DNA from: a virus
Length of the DNA: 64,000 nt
Strand: one strand, 5' to 3'
IMG/VR virus record: IMGVR_UViG_3300048919_000048
Span: 1 to 64,000 of that record
Shown here: in pieces, positions 1-9,190 of the stretch
How the letters are laid out: each line of letters starts with the position of its first letter
How positions within the stretch are numbered: the first letter of the stretch is position 1
The notes under the pieces: generated by a model
Database searches by the model: none
Seen by the model: only the letters and a program-made list of their open reading frames with translations
What the model was told of the DNA's origin: nothing
Program-made: the position numbers and the translations under genes

Positions 1-111
1 TTTTTTTTTTATTGCTTGCAATCCGTAAACAGTCGTGTATACTGGTCATGTTGGTTATCCCTTTTAGGGGATAAGTTATTGATTACCCTCTGAAGGGGAT
101 ACAGGAGGTCT

Positions 112-345
112 ATGTCTAACGGTAATATCCCTGCGGGGAAGGTGCTCAACAATCTTGAGCGCCAAGAATTGAGATTGGAGCTTTCGCTACTGAAAGATTG
201 GCTGGAGAAGGCAGTCAGGGTAAACACATATACGGACGAGTACACCCCGTGGCAACGTGTTGAGCACTCTGCGGAACTGACCGCTGCCTCTCATGATATC
301 GAGGCGATCGAAATGTCTTTGGAAACTGGAAGGAGGGTCTATTGA
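112..345 (+). CDS. hypothetical protein
   Basis: 77 aa ORF; AGGAGG RBS; promoter-like TTGCAA-N16-TATACT at 16-43. Confidence 0.75.
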   Translation: MSNGNIPAGKVLNNLERQELRLELSLLKDWLEKAVRVNTYTDEYTPWQRVEHSAELTAASHDIEAIEMSLETGRRVY

Positions 346-572
346 AGCTGAAATGTACGAACGTGATTACGGACTTCAACAAGGTCTTTCCGAAGGGCCA
401 GGTTTTCACTTCAACCGAGCTTAAAAACGGCTTCTGTGATGTTGAAGGGACCCGGCCTAAGCGTAATGGTACACCGTGGACCGGGGTTCTGTCGCTGGGC
501 CACGTAGTGGTTCTGGGTGTAGCCAAATTTGAGATCCTGCCGGAGGACACTGATGATCCCAAGGTTGACTAA
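342..572 (+). CDS. hypothetical protein (C..F.xG..Y/F small beta family)
   Basis: TTG start overlapping previous stop; GGAGG RBS. Confidence 0.65.
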   Translation: MKLKCTNVITDFNKVFPKGQVFTSTELKNGFCDVEGTRPKRNGTPWTGVLSLGHVVVLGVAKFEILPEDTDDPKVD

Positions 573-1041
573 GACCACTCTGCACAAGCTGTTCAAGGAG
601 TGGCAGTGGAAGCAACTTAGCCGTCGGAAGTATGTTGAGCAATTAATTTGGACATCATACGGGGCACACAGGAAGGACAACCGGGTGGTTCAGCGTGTTG
701 GAAAGCCAGAGGTGAAGTTTAAGTTTGAGATCGGCAACTATCTCGGGGGTACGACGACCACAACCCCCCGCCATTTCAGCATCTCAACTACCGGACCTAA
801 GGAGAGGATCAGTTGGATGGCAATGCCAAACGACGACCTGTTCCTGAAGGTACGCGCTGCCGACAAGGTATGGCAACCACCTGTCCCAATGACAGGGTTC
901 TTCGAGGATTGCACAGATATACGGAACGAAGAGCTTGAATTTCTTGAGTTTCTTTATCCGGGCATCTGTGCTCAGATAGAACAATTGCTTCCCGGCCTGC
1001 ATGGTGTGGACGCTGCATTGAAGGAGAGATTTAATGGGTGA
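553..1041 (+). CDS. hypothetical protein
   Basis: ATG at 553 after GGAGG; co-directional tight packing. Confidence 0.7.
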   Translation: MIPRLTKTTLHKLFKEWQWKQLSRRKYVEQLIWTSYGAHRKDNRVVQRVGKPEVKFKFEIGNYLGGTTTTTPRHFSISTTGPKERISWMAMPNDDLFLKVRAADKVWQPPVPMTGFFEDCTDIRNEELEFLEFLYPGICAQIEQLLPGLHGVDAALKERFNG

Positions 1042-1273
1042 CTGCTTACCGAAATGCTTCGACTCACCACGGGTACAGTCTCAGTGGAAAAAGGATCAGC
1101 GTGTGCGTATCCTCCGTGGGAAAAATAAGGGCCGGACGGCCCTCGTATCCTACGAGACCATGCCTCACCCACTATCCCAGAAGCGCCGCTTCTACCTGTG
1201 GCTTGAGTCCCGGCACGATTTCTGGGCACCGAACCACGTTCTGATGAACGAGGATGGGTTTGTCGCGGTCTAG
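1034..1273 (+). CDS. hypothetical KOW-like protein
   Basis: RVRILRGKNKGRTA resembles the KOW motif; AGGAG RBS. Confidence 0.6.
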   Translation: MGDCLPKCFDSPRVQSQWKKDQRVRILRGKNKGRTALVSYETMPHPLSQKRRFYLWLESRHDFWAPNHVLMNEDGFVAV

Positions 1274-1589
1274 TGGGAGACCTCCGTACAATGGGCAACT
1301 GGAGCACGATGAATTTGAGTACGGAGGTCACCAGATAAGCCTCCGGTTGCCGAAAGAAATCTGGGATTACATAAAGCAGGTTGGGGAAAAGGACTTTATC
1401 TGGTGCCCGGATGAGGGGGAGTTCTTCGAGATACTGTACCCCGGCTGGATTGCTTACATACGGCACCAGGTTGAGGTTCAGTACGGGTTCATGGTGTTTC
1501 AGAACAGCACCTTCGGGGAGTCTCTACTGGCAACCCGGGAAATTAAGGATCATGTCCCCAGCGAATCTGGATATGTATGGAGTGGTTGA
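1254..1589 (+). CDS. hypothetical protein
   Basis: 111 aa ORF; shares EFxExLYPG with the 553-1041 product. Confidence 0.6.
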   Translation: MGLSRSSGRPPYNGQLEHDEFEYGGHQISLRLPKEIWDYIKQVGEKDFIWCPDEGEFFEILYPGWIAYIRHQVEVQYGFMVFQNSTFGESLLATREIKDHVPSESGYVWSG

Positions 1590-1715
1590 TTTCCACCCCT
1601 ATTTCACGTATGCTGCACAAATCAGGTAGAAAAGTACCGTTTTTGCACGTAAAAGTCAAAAATCTGGCACTTTTCTGCACAAAACTGCAAAATAATGATA
1701 CCTTGGAGGCCAAAA

Positions 1716-2066
1716 ATGGTAACAGTTGATGATGTACGTAAGATGGTATCTGACGCAGAAAGCGACCCGGAACTGATGAGAAGCCTGAAGAATCTTCTCA
1801 ATCCGGACTACTGGTTGGACAAATACTACGATTTCTCCGTGGCAATCGAGGCAGAGTACCCGGGCCTTGTGAAATTGTGGGGGATCGACCTGCACTGTTA
1901 CAAGTTGTACACCCAGTACGCAGAGGGGCTGACGGCCTTACCGGGGAAACAGGTAATGTTACAGACCCTTGTGGACGCACACAAGTTTTCCATCCGGAAA
2001 GACATGCGTGACATCAGTGACATCCTGCATGGAGAGTACGAAGACTTCTTTGATCTGGAGGGATGA
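1716..2066 (+). CDS. hypothetical protein
   Basis: GGAGG RBS, ATG 1716. Confidence 0.7.
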   Translation: MVTVDDVRKMVSDAESDPELMRSLKNLLNPDYWLDKYYDFSVAIEAEYPGLVKLWGIDLHCYKLYTQYAEGLTALPGKQVMLQTLVDAHKFSIRKDMRDISDILHGEYEDFFDLEG

Positions 2067-2335
2067 TGAAGATTCTGATCGAGCACCACAAGAAAGAGTA
2101 CCCGGGGATGACGGATGAGTATTACTACGTAAAGTTCAAGCTCAACTGGTGGTCTCCGTGGCGTTATGTGCAGCGCCACTACTGTCACGCAGACCCGGAG
2201 AACCTGCGGATTTATTTCCTCGACGAGGCGATAAAGGTTGCAAAGGAACTCCGGACCAAGTACAATGGGCCTAAACACATAGTCCGTGACCTCGATGAGG
2301 ATGGTACGGACCCAAACAAATACTGCGGGGGTTGA
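2063..2335 (+). CDS. hypothetical protein
   Basis: ATGA overlap with upstream gene. Confidence 0.7.
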   Translation: MMKILIEHHKKEYPGMTDEYYYVKFKLNWWSPWRYVQRHYCHADPENLRIYFLDEAIKVAKELRTKYNGPKHIVRDLDEDGTDPNKYCGG

Positions 2336-2336
2336 T

Positions 2337-2807
2337 GTGTACACAGTTATTTCTTATCGTGAGAACGGGCAGGTTTTCCGTGGTGGTTACTGCGAAGGCC
2401 GCACCGACAGCGACTTCCGCCTGGGGACGGTGGCGGACCGAGATGAGGCTATCGACCTACTGGCCCGGTCAATCTTCATCGACATGGTGGCTCAGACTCG
2501 TGACATGAACAAGGACTACGATTACACCGAAGCGGCTGAAATTGTCCTTGGGATCAACGGATACTTCGGGACTGATCACTCGGTTGATGTCGCCAGTGAC
2601 GAGGTGTACGATAACTACCTTAAAGAGCACTTCGAGATGTTCTCCGAGGCACAGTTACGTGCAGCCCGACTGTACAGTGACAAGGTCCGTCAAGACCGGG
2701 AAGCGAAGGAACGTAAGCAGCAGCAAAACGTTGAGGCGGAGGCTCGTCGCCAAGAGGCGGAAGAGCGTAAACAATTGGCCCGACTGAAAGAAAAATACGG
2801 AGAATGA
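2337..2807 (+). CDS. hypothetical protein with C-terminal coiled coil
   Basis: ORF 2286-2807; likely GTG start at 2337. Confidence 0.7.
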   Translation: MYTVISYRENGQVFRGGYCEGRTDSDFRLGTVADRDEAIDLLARSIFIDMVAQTRDMNKDYDYTEAAEIVLGINGYFGTDHSVDVASDEVYDNYLKEHFEMFSEAQLRAARLYSDKVRQDREAKERKQQQNVEAEARRQEAEERKQLARLKEKYGE

Positions 2808-2808
2808 C

Positions 2809-3012
2809 ATGAAGGCATATCTGTACGAACTTGAGTATCTTATCTTGGAAGAAGACTACATCGTCCACGTCGGGTACTTCACCAGCCTCAAAGAGGTTCG
2901 GCAGCGCATCAAGGACAGCAAGGATGATCCGAACCTGTTCTCGTGCTGGAGGCACCCGTTCAACCCTGAGGGGGCATACGACCCCGTCCAGGTGGAAATC
3001 TTCCGCAAATAA
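2809..3012 (+). CDS. hypothetical protein
   Basis: 67 aa ORF ending at a terminator. Confidence 0.65.
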   Translation: MKAYLYELEYLILEEDYIVHVGYFTSLKEVRQRIKDSKDDPNLFSCWRHPFNPEGAYDPVQVEIFRK

Positions 3013-3030
3013 CCGCCTCCGGGCGGTTTT
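3011..3030 (+). terminator. Rho-independent terminator
   Basis: AACCGCC-TCCG-GGCGGTT-TT; near-identical copies at 5913 and 56939. Confidence 0.75.
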
Positions 3031-3133
3031 CATGTTTAAGGAATGAACTTTTTTCGACAAATACCCCGAAACATGTTTACAGCGTAAACATACTGGTGTA
3101 TATTGGATACATCAACTGAAGAGGAGACCATCT

Positions 3134-3313
3134 GTGACAAACGAAGAGAAAGAGGTTGTACGTGAAAATATCCGTAAACTTACCGAGGGGACTTTGCTAC
3201 AACTAATCATTACGTACACCAAGGCCAGTCTCCACGTCACGATATGTGCTGATGATCTTGAGGTGAAGGAAATTCTGTGCCAAGAGGCACGTTCACGAGG
3301 ACTGATGCGATGA
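3134..3313 (+). CDS. hypothetical protein (59 aa, below ORF-track cutoff)
   Basis: GAGGAG RBS, GTG start, stop overlaps next ATG. Confidence 0.55.
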   Translation: MTNEEKEVVRENIRKLTEGTLLQLIITYTKASLHVTICADDLEVKEILCQEARSRGLMR

Positions 3314-3504
3314 CAACAGAAGAACTGGTAGCCCTTCGAGAGAAGATCAAAGCCCAAACCAACGGGAAGCTGTGCCTGTCAATCCAGTTGACGCGACTGG
3401 GGATTGATCGTGATTCTCGCAACGGCCTGCCGCCTAACGGCAAGCTGGCAATCTTACTGATAGAGCTTCTGCGGGAAGCTGGAGAAAGGGGACTCGTGAA
3501 ATGA
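3310..3504 (+). CDS. hypothetical protein
   Basis: ATG 3310 (MTTEEL), GAGGA RBS. Confidence 0.6.
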   Translation: MTTEELVALREKIKAQTNGKLCLSIQLTRLGIDRDSRNGLPPNGKLAILLIELLREAGERGLVK

Positions 3505-3732
3505 TGGGGTTCTGTGTATTCATGGCCTGCGTCGCAGCGGTGATCTTTCTGTATGGTGAACTGTGCCTCGGGCATGGTAGTCATTGAGAGGAGGACAAAT
3601 GATTAACAATCCGAACGCCGAATGGGAAAACTGCGACTTCTATTTCTGGCCTGCATGGTATGCTTGGGTGGCATGGGGACTACTCCTCTCGGCCTTTGCC
3701 TTCGGGGCTTGGTGTGTTTTTGTGGAGGGCCT

Positions 3733-3945
3733 ATGAAAGACTTAGACAAGATGTACAAGGCCGGGACCCGGATCATTCACTATGCTAACGGGCACCGCAC
3801 CGAACTGAAGATCCTGTCTACCGGGCTGGTAGTGGAGTATCCTTTGGCAACGAAGGAAGAGGAACGCGATCGAGAGATTGCTCTGCTCAAAGAACGTATC
3901 GCACGAGACACCGCCCGGCTGGCGGAACTGGAGGATAAACAATGA
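3733..3945 (+). CDS. hypothetical protein
   Basis: GGAGG RBS, ATG 3733. Confidence 0.65.
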   Translation: MKDLDKMYKAGTRIIHYANGHRTELKILSTGLVVEYPLATKEEERDREIALLKERIARDTARLAELEDKQ

Positions 3946-4148
3946 GTTACGAACCATGCAAAGAAACACTGAACGTTCCTCACGTGGTTGAGGACATCAA
4001 CGGCAACATCCTGTGTCTGACTTACAACTGGATCATGGCTCACCAGTTCCGTCGGTATCAGGACGGGTTTATGATGAATACCTGCACCATTCGTCCGGCG
4101 AACGAAGACGATGTAGCCAGCTTCAATCGCCGACTGGGGGATTGCTGA
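3942..4148 (+). CDS. hypothetical protein
   Basis: ATGA overlap, GGAGG RBS. Confidence 0.65.
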   Translation: MSYEPCKETLNVPHVVEDINGNILCLTYNWIMAHQFRRYQDGFMMNTCTIRPANEDDVASFNRRLGDC

Positions 4149-4420
4149 TGCTTGCTGCACATAGTGTACTGGACCCCCACGGTAAACTGCTCGCCGTCTG
4201 CCCGAACAAGGAGATAGCAAGAGAAATTGGCGAAACGTTCTGCATCATAACCGACTTGAACTACACGTGCCGGGAAGCCACCCCGGATGAAATACGTGGG
4301 CTGCTTGACAAGCCTGCACCTCAGAGAGGCCAGTGCTACAGGGTGGTCTCGGGTGTTGATAAGACGGCGGTGGTCATCCCGGACTACCGGGATACTCCTA
4401 CCGAACCTGTTGATAACTAA
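4148..4420 (+). CDS. hypothetical protein
   Basis: TGATG coupling at 4148. Confidence 0.65.
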   Translation: MLAAHSVLDPHGKLLAVCPNKEIAREIGETFCIITDLNYTCREATPDEIRGLLDKPAPQRGQCYRVVSGVDKTAVVIPDYRDTPTEPVDN

Positions 4421-4429
4421 GGGGTTTCT

Positions 4430-4750
4430 GTGAATATTGTAAACTTTCATCCGTCGGATGCGCCGACCCGGTTCAATGTGCATTCGTCGTTTTCGTACAC
4501 TGACCTCCTCATCTTCAAGGAGGGCCTCAATGATGTCCATACCTACCAGATGGCCCTCTTGGGCCGATGCTGGGAGAAGGGCCTGACTATCCGTATCTGG
4601 TATCAGGATGAGGACGGCTACAAGTACGACGAGTTCAAACCGGGGATGTCAGTGTACGGAAAGATCCTGCGTCGAGAGCACAACCTCTATCGACTGTGGG
4701 TAGGTGGGGCATTGGGAGACCATGTGGTGAGCGGTTTTCGAAACCTGTAA
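4430..4750 (+). CDS. hypothetical protein
   Basis: 106 aa ORF, GTG start after AGGGG. Confidence 0.65.
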   Translation: MNIVNFHPSDAPTRFNVHSSFSYTDLLIFKEGLNDVHTYQMALLGRCWEKGLTIRIWYQDEDGYKYDEFKPGMSVYGKILRREHNLYRLWVGGALGDHVVSGFRNL

Positions 4751-4928
4751 GGAGTTTTTATGTCTTATTATTTAGACTATACCGTGGCGCCCAATCGGGC
4801 GCCCCGCACCCTCCGGGACAAGTTCAACGACTTCTTCGAGGACCTGACGGGATATGAGCCGTCCGACCACCCTGACAAGCAGTACGTTGAGGATTTATGG
4901 GACGCATATCAGGCAGGGGCTGAGTCAA

Positions 4929-5147
4929 ATGATTAAGGTGCCGATGGAGGTCAAGGTCTCCGAGTGGTATCCGACGTATGGTTTCACGCAGAAGGAACTG
5001 CGTTACCTGTACGTGGACTGTGACGTGCGTATCTTCGAGGACCAGAGGGACGGCGTGATCTACCAGATTATGGACAGCGGCCCCGTGGATAAATACCGCC
5101 GGGACCTGTCCGGTTACTGGCTCAAAAAGCTGGAGGATTACCTGTGA
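4929..5147 (+). CDS. hypothetical protein
   Basis: ATG 4929 within ORF 4854-5147. Confidence 0.6.
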   Translation: MIKVPMEVKVSEWYPTYGFTQKELRYLYVDCDVRIFEDQRDGVIYQIMDSGPVDKYRRDLSGYWLKKLEDYL

Positions 5148-5446
5148 GTAAGATTGCACACCGATGGAGTCCAATCCTCCGGAAGGTGAATCAAAAGCGT
5201 AAAGAGGCAGACCTGTTCAAGGCCCGCCTTGAAATGGATATTCCGGCATGTGGTATTGTCACCTGCGTCAAGAAGAATCCACACGGATTTATACCGGGGT
5301 CCAAGTACCTCTTTCAGAATTCCGACTGTTACGACCGTGGTCACTACAGACGAATCCAGGTGGAGGGTGACGCCCAACGTGGTATCTGGGATTGGATCTT
5401 CATCGGTAACGATGTCGAATTCCACACCTATTTCTCCCTCGTATAA
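5144..5446 (+). CDS. hypothetical protein
   Basis: GTGA overlap, GGAGG RBS. Confidence 0.65.
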   Translation: MSKIAHRWSPILRKVNQKRKEADLFKARLEMDIPACGIVTCVKKNPHGFIPGSKYLFQNSDCYDRGHYRRIQVEGDAQRGIWDWIFIGNDVEFHTYFSLV

Positions 5447-5462
5447 AAGGGCCGAAAGGCCC

Positions 5463-5491
5463 TTGACCCTATCCCAAAATATCGGTATACT
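5463..5491 (+). promoter_or_regulatory. sigma70-type promoter
   Basis: TTGACC-N17-TATACT. Confidence 0.65.
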
Positions 5492-5527
5492 CCCCACATG
5501 TCCAAAACATGCCAAAGAGGAACACCT

Positions 5528-5914
5528 ATGAAAACCTGCCTAAAGAGACGGACCACTTACACCCAGGTCGCGCCTACCGTGGCTCACCTGTGGGGCGCTG
5601 ACCTACGGGAGCGCCGTAGACTCAAGGCCGACTTAGATGCCATGAAGAAGAGTGTCGATGAGGAGTACGCCAAATCTTTACGGTACAGGGAGTATATGGA
5701 ACTGTGTGACTCCATCATCCATTGCCGCACCAGTAAGGGAAAAGTCGGTGTTGAGTACCCGATACTCCGTAGACGCATCCGGGAATGGGTTACCAATGGC
5801 CCAACCACAACGGGTCAGTGGAACGGCATCAAGGTATGCCTCATGCGCCACAATAGAGAACACCTCCAGTATTTCCCACACTCTGTAGCAGAGCCAGCCT
5901 ACGTCCACATATAA
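5528..5914 (+). CDS. hypothetical protein
   Basis: GAGGA RBS, own promoter and terminator. Confidence 0.7.
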   Translation: MKTCLKRRTTYTQVAPTVAHLWGADLRERRRLKADLDAMKKSVDEEYAKSLRYREYMELCDSIIHCRTSKGKVGVEYPILRRRIREWVTNGPTTTGQWNGIKVCLMRHNREHLQYFPHSVAEPAYVHI

Positions 5915-5935
5915 CCGCCTCCGGGCGGTTCTTTT
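5913..5935 (+). terminator. Rho-independent terminator
   Basis: AACCGCC-TCCG-GGCGGTT-CTTTT. Confidence 0.75.
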
Positions 5936-6594
5936 GTATCTTCCCTCCGTGATTTTGTTTCCCACACTGGTAGACCTGAAGAGGCACACTTGAGTCTAAC
6001 CCACCGCCTGAAGAGGCAGACCTGTGCATAACTTCGGCGTCAGCCAAAATGGTTTACAATCCCGAATGTCGCCCAAAATGGCTGACAAGATTTCCTGATT
6101 TCTCCCCACATTGTCAAGACCTTTCTGAAGAGGCGCACCACCCCGTCCGGGAGGCCCTCTCCCGCCGGGATAAATCCGTTATACCTGTTCCCACAGAGAC
6201 GTACCCGTCTGTATTCCCACATTGCCCAAATATCAAGGGAGCCGGAGAGGCTCACCTGTAAGGCGCTGTGCCCTCTTTTTATGTCAAAATACCCTCCCGC
6301 CAAAATTTTTAGGACGCGATCAGGGGTGGTCCTTCTTGCCCAGAAACCAGAAAAATATCCCAGCGTATGGATATAGCTGCCAGGCATGGCGATCAGGGGG
6401 TGGGGAGGGGCCTCGTTATTTTCCCCAAATATCCTTATGAATCAATGAGTTAGCCCTTCTCAGCCTTTGCCCAATCGAACCGGGGAGGTCCCCGCTTTAC
6501 GTGATCAACTCCACAAAATGTCTACCATCTTGCCCATCTTTACACTTGTCCTATTGACTCATCGGTCTGACTGTGCATCACGCCGCTGATACCC

Positions 6595-6622
6595 ATTTAA
6601 CATAATACACCTTATACGCACC
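6595..6622 (-). other. dif: dif-like XerC/XerD recombination core site
   Basis: Minus strand GGTGCGTATAA-GGTGTA-TTATGTTAAAT vs E. coli dif GGTGCGCATAA-TGTATA-TTATGTTAAAT: XerD arm 11/11, XerC arm 10/11, 6-bp spacer. Confidence 0.85.
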
Positions 6623-6625
6623 CGG

Positions 6626-6874
6626 GATAATGATAATCATTCCCAACACGTGGAGAGGCCCGCCAGCACTGGCCCAGATGAGAATGGGTCTCACTCACCT
6701 TGTGGCATGATAATGAGAATGATTCGCACTCGCCCTTTGAGAATGGTTCGCGGATGAGAACCATTATCGTTTACGCAAAAACAAAATAAAAATTATTTTT
6801 CTATTGACACGAAGAGCGAATTTTGCCAGGCAATTACGCCATATCTGTACACTTTGCGAACGATAATCATTACC
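6626..6874. promoter_or_regulatory. cluster of Fur-box-like operators (left array)
   Basis: GATAATGATAATCATTCCC at 6626 (17/19 to the Fur consensus); further boxes at 6679, 6709 (15/19), 6738, 6755, 6856 (15/19). Confidence 0.75.
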
Positions 6875-7067
6875 ATCTGAGGCCCTCCGGCCCGTACCGG
6901 GTCCGCCTCTTCAGACATCTTTATGCAGATAAGATGCATTCTCATTCATAATCTTTTTGCAGATAAGACTTGACTTTGTGCGTTTACGCACTAGATTACA
7001 GCCCGGTTTACCGGGTGAAAGTAAGCGTAATAAACTCTTGACTTTCAAGGCTAAAGCCTCAACAAAT

Positions 7068-7176
7068 GACCAATAGAAAACAGGTATAAGCGGTCATCCC
7101 TTGACCGTGGGAACGTGAGCAAAAACCGTTGCGAGTTAGCAACGGGGGTTGATCCGTTACCTGTTTTCTATTGGTC
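7068..7176. repeat. 19-bp perfect inverted repeat enclosing a nested hairpin
   Basis: GACCAATAGAAAACAGGTA (7068-7086) / TACCTGTTTTCTATTGGTC (7158-7176). Confidence 0.85.
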
Positions 7177-7266
7177 GCGCCTCCGGCGCGCCCTCCCTTG
7201 ATCCGTGGGAACGTAAAACCCGGCTTTTCTCAGAAGTCAATAAAAAGTTAAGTTATTGATAGTAAA

Positions 7267-7281
7267 TGAGGATCATTCTCG
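7267..7281. promoter_or_regulatory. Fur-box-like site
   Basis: 7-1-7 form TGAGGAT-C-ATTCTCG. Confidence 0.5.
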
Positions 7282-7588
7282 CATTATGCAGATAAATGAA
7301 TAAATAGTGTCAAGTTATGTAAAGAAAAGGTGAGTTAGTCAATTGTGGCCTGATACACGTTTGCAGATAGAAGTCAATAGGGTCTAAAACGCTCTGTAAG
7401 GCTCTATGCGGGCCGCTATTCTCAACCCTGGCTAGTGGGTTAGCGCTTCAGTTATTCAATTATGCGCTTTAAAGTGAATAAAATTAGATGTTGATTTCCA
7501 CAATTGGAGGTGATAAGGGAAAGGATCTAAGAGTTGGGGGAGTCGGACCGATACCGGGCCGGGCCTGCTGGCTTGCCACGTTTGGGAC

Positions 7589-7616
7589 AAAAGAAAAGCC
7601 CGCCGGGGTGGCGGGT
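7589..7616 (-). terminator. terminator closing the leftward island
   Basis: CCCGCC hairpin followed on the minus strand by TTTTCTTTT. Confidence 0.65.
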
Positions 7617-7620
7617 CTCT

Positions 7621-7869
7621 TCAGTTTAGGCAGGTAACCAGGGCGGGCAGTGATAGCGCCAGATCATAACGGTTTATTGATTTGCCACGATAGGCAAGGC
7701 GGGCCGTTGCCAGTGTAGCGCCAAAAACGTTTAAAAATGTTGTGACCATTTGATCGGGTCCAAGTACAGCGGACAAAATCCAATTGTTGACCGTATCGCC
7801 AGAAAAGGCAATGAGGACCGCTAAAGCGGCCCACAATGGTAGATTGATTTTAAAAAGGCGGTTCATCAT
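7621..7869 (-). CDS. small membrane protein
   Basis: 82 aa, hydrophobic segments; ATGA overlap. Confidence 0.65.
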   Translation of the reverse strand: MMNRLFKINLPLWAALAVLIAFSGDTVNNWILSAVLGPDQMVTTFLNVFGATLATARLAYRGKSINRYDLALSLPALVTCLN

Positions 7870-8240
7870 GCGCCGAAAGTGCGGGTGTGGTTGTTGTCTC
7901 GCTCAATCATCACCGCCAGGCGGATCAGTTGGTCAGTTGTATCCTTCAGACTGTCCGGCCAGGTTTTACCGTTCCAACAATCTAAGTTTGATTCGATGTA
8001 ACTTTCCAGCGCTTGATCCATGCTATCAAACATGTTTTCTTTCAGGCTTTCGGATGTCTCACACTGAAAAGCGTTTGCCACGCTGTTAATCAGCAAGCAA
8101 GCCAGGTGATCGGCGTTGCGCCAGTTTTTACGGATGTTTTCATCTTTCAGGTAGCCGATCAGGTTGACCTGTGCGCCAGTGGTGGAGGTTGCGATCACTT
8201 CGTAAGCTTTTTCGATTGCGTTGATAGCTGATTTGGACAT
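7866..8240 (-). CDS. hypothetical protein
   Basis: ATG 8240 after GGAGA; own promoter at 8284-8312. Confidence 0.75.
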   Translation of the reverse strand: MSKSAINAIEKAYEVIATSTTGAQVNLIGYLKDENIRKNWRNADHLACLLINSVANAFQCETSESLKENMFDSMDQALESYIESNLDCWNGKTWPDSLKDTTDQLIRLAVMIERDNNHTRTFGA

Positions 8241-8315
8241 TTTACGGTCTCCAGTGTTTTGGGTGTTTGTTGCTTGAGTGGGTATTATGGGGCCTTTCGG
8301 CCCCCTTGTCAACGA

Positions 8316-8687
8316 TTAATTTAAATCCAGGTTCAGGGCCAGATCCACCAGGGCGGCGATCTGCTGTTCGTTAGCGATGCGGCCCACAACCCAACGAATA
8401 TAAATTTTAATCAATAATTCTTTGTTGCTGGCAAAACCCGGATGGTTCAAAAGGTCTTTTTTGCGGAATTTGTCCTCAGTAGCGAGAGTCATCACGCCGC
8501 CTTTGTACTCAATGGAGATCTGTAAACCATTGTCAAAGGTCGCCATAAAATAGTTTTCAAAGGTAACAGTTTCAACGTGTAACTTTGCGCCGCCTACGTG
8601 CTGTTGCATTTCGAACGAACGATCATAACCGAAATGATTTGCTTGCTCATCGCGGATGTAGTAGCGGTTGAAGTTGGTCAGGTTCAT
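8316..8687 (-). CDS. hypothetical protein
   Basis: 123 aa; GAGGAG RBS. Confidence 0.75.
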   Translation of the reverse strand: MNLTNFNRYYIRDEQANHFGYDRSFEMQQHVGGAKLHVETVTFENYFMATFDNGLQISIEYKGGVMTLATEDKFRKKDLLNHPGFASNKELLIKIYIRWVVGRIANEQQIAALVDLALNLDLN

Positions 8688-9021
8688 TTTACTGTCTCCT
8701 CTTTGTGGGCCGTCGCGTCATTGCCGCCCTACGTGATAAATAATACCACAATGGCGGATCGATGCAATAGGGAGAATTGTAAAGTTTTGTCAACGTAAAC
8801 CCGGCTTTCAGCCCTTCAGGTCTAACATAAAATTTTCACGTTTGCAAGGGCAAAAAGTGCGAAAGTCCGATTTCGGGAGATCTATATTTTTATGATGTAG
8901 GATACCGGGTAAGGGGAAAACGGCTTAAAACGCGTTTTAGAGCGTTTGGCGGGCATGTACATTTATACAGTGGAGTGAAATAAATTTGACAACGGTTTGA
9001 AAGTATGTACTTGATTTGATT

Positions 9022-9041
9022 GGGAATGATAACCATTCTCA
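9022..9041. promoter_or_regulatory. Fur-box-like site
   Basis: GGGAATGATAACCATTCTC, 15/19; intergenic. Confidence 0.65.
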
Positions 9042-9077
9042 TTTGCCCAGCGCGGCCCAGGTCCGGTCCGCCTCCCT

Positions 9078-9107
9078 GAATAGCGGGCAGGTCCGGTGTT
9101 TGTCTCC
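9078..9107. repeat. 30-bp element, exact inverted copy of 19601-19630
   Basis: GAATAGCGGGCAGGTCCGGTGTTTGTCTCC. Confidence 0.9.
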
Positions 9108-9190
9108 CCCTGCATCAGGTGCCATCGCATGACATAAGAATAACAAAAAAGGGGCGAACAAGTCAACCCCTGGAAACACTGTTTATTTGA

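Noticed and set aside
1-10. Poly-T run at window start
   Set aside because: Could be a terminator tail or an assembly edge; cannot be interpreted without upstream sequence.
6040-6440. ORFs 6040-6387, 6049-6261, 6222-6440 and ORFs in 19356-20324
   Set aside because: No RBS, mutually overlapping, and translations mirror the DNA repeats; treated as non-coding.
7290-7495. ARG-box-like TGAATAA half-sites as cer-type accessory sequences
   Set aside because: Only half matches in AT-rich DNA, about 700 bp from the Xer core, which is too far compared with cer.
8822-8845. Second dif-like site (TAACATAA)
   Set aside because: Partial XerD arm only; no XerC arm at 6-8 bp spacing.
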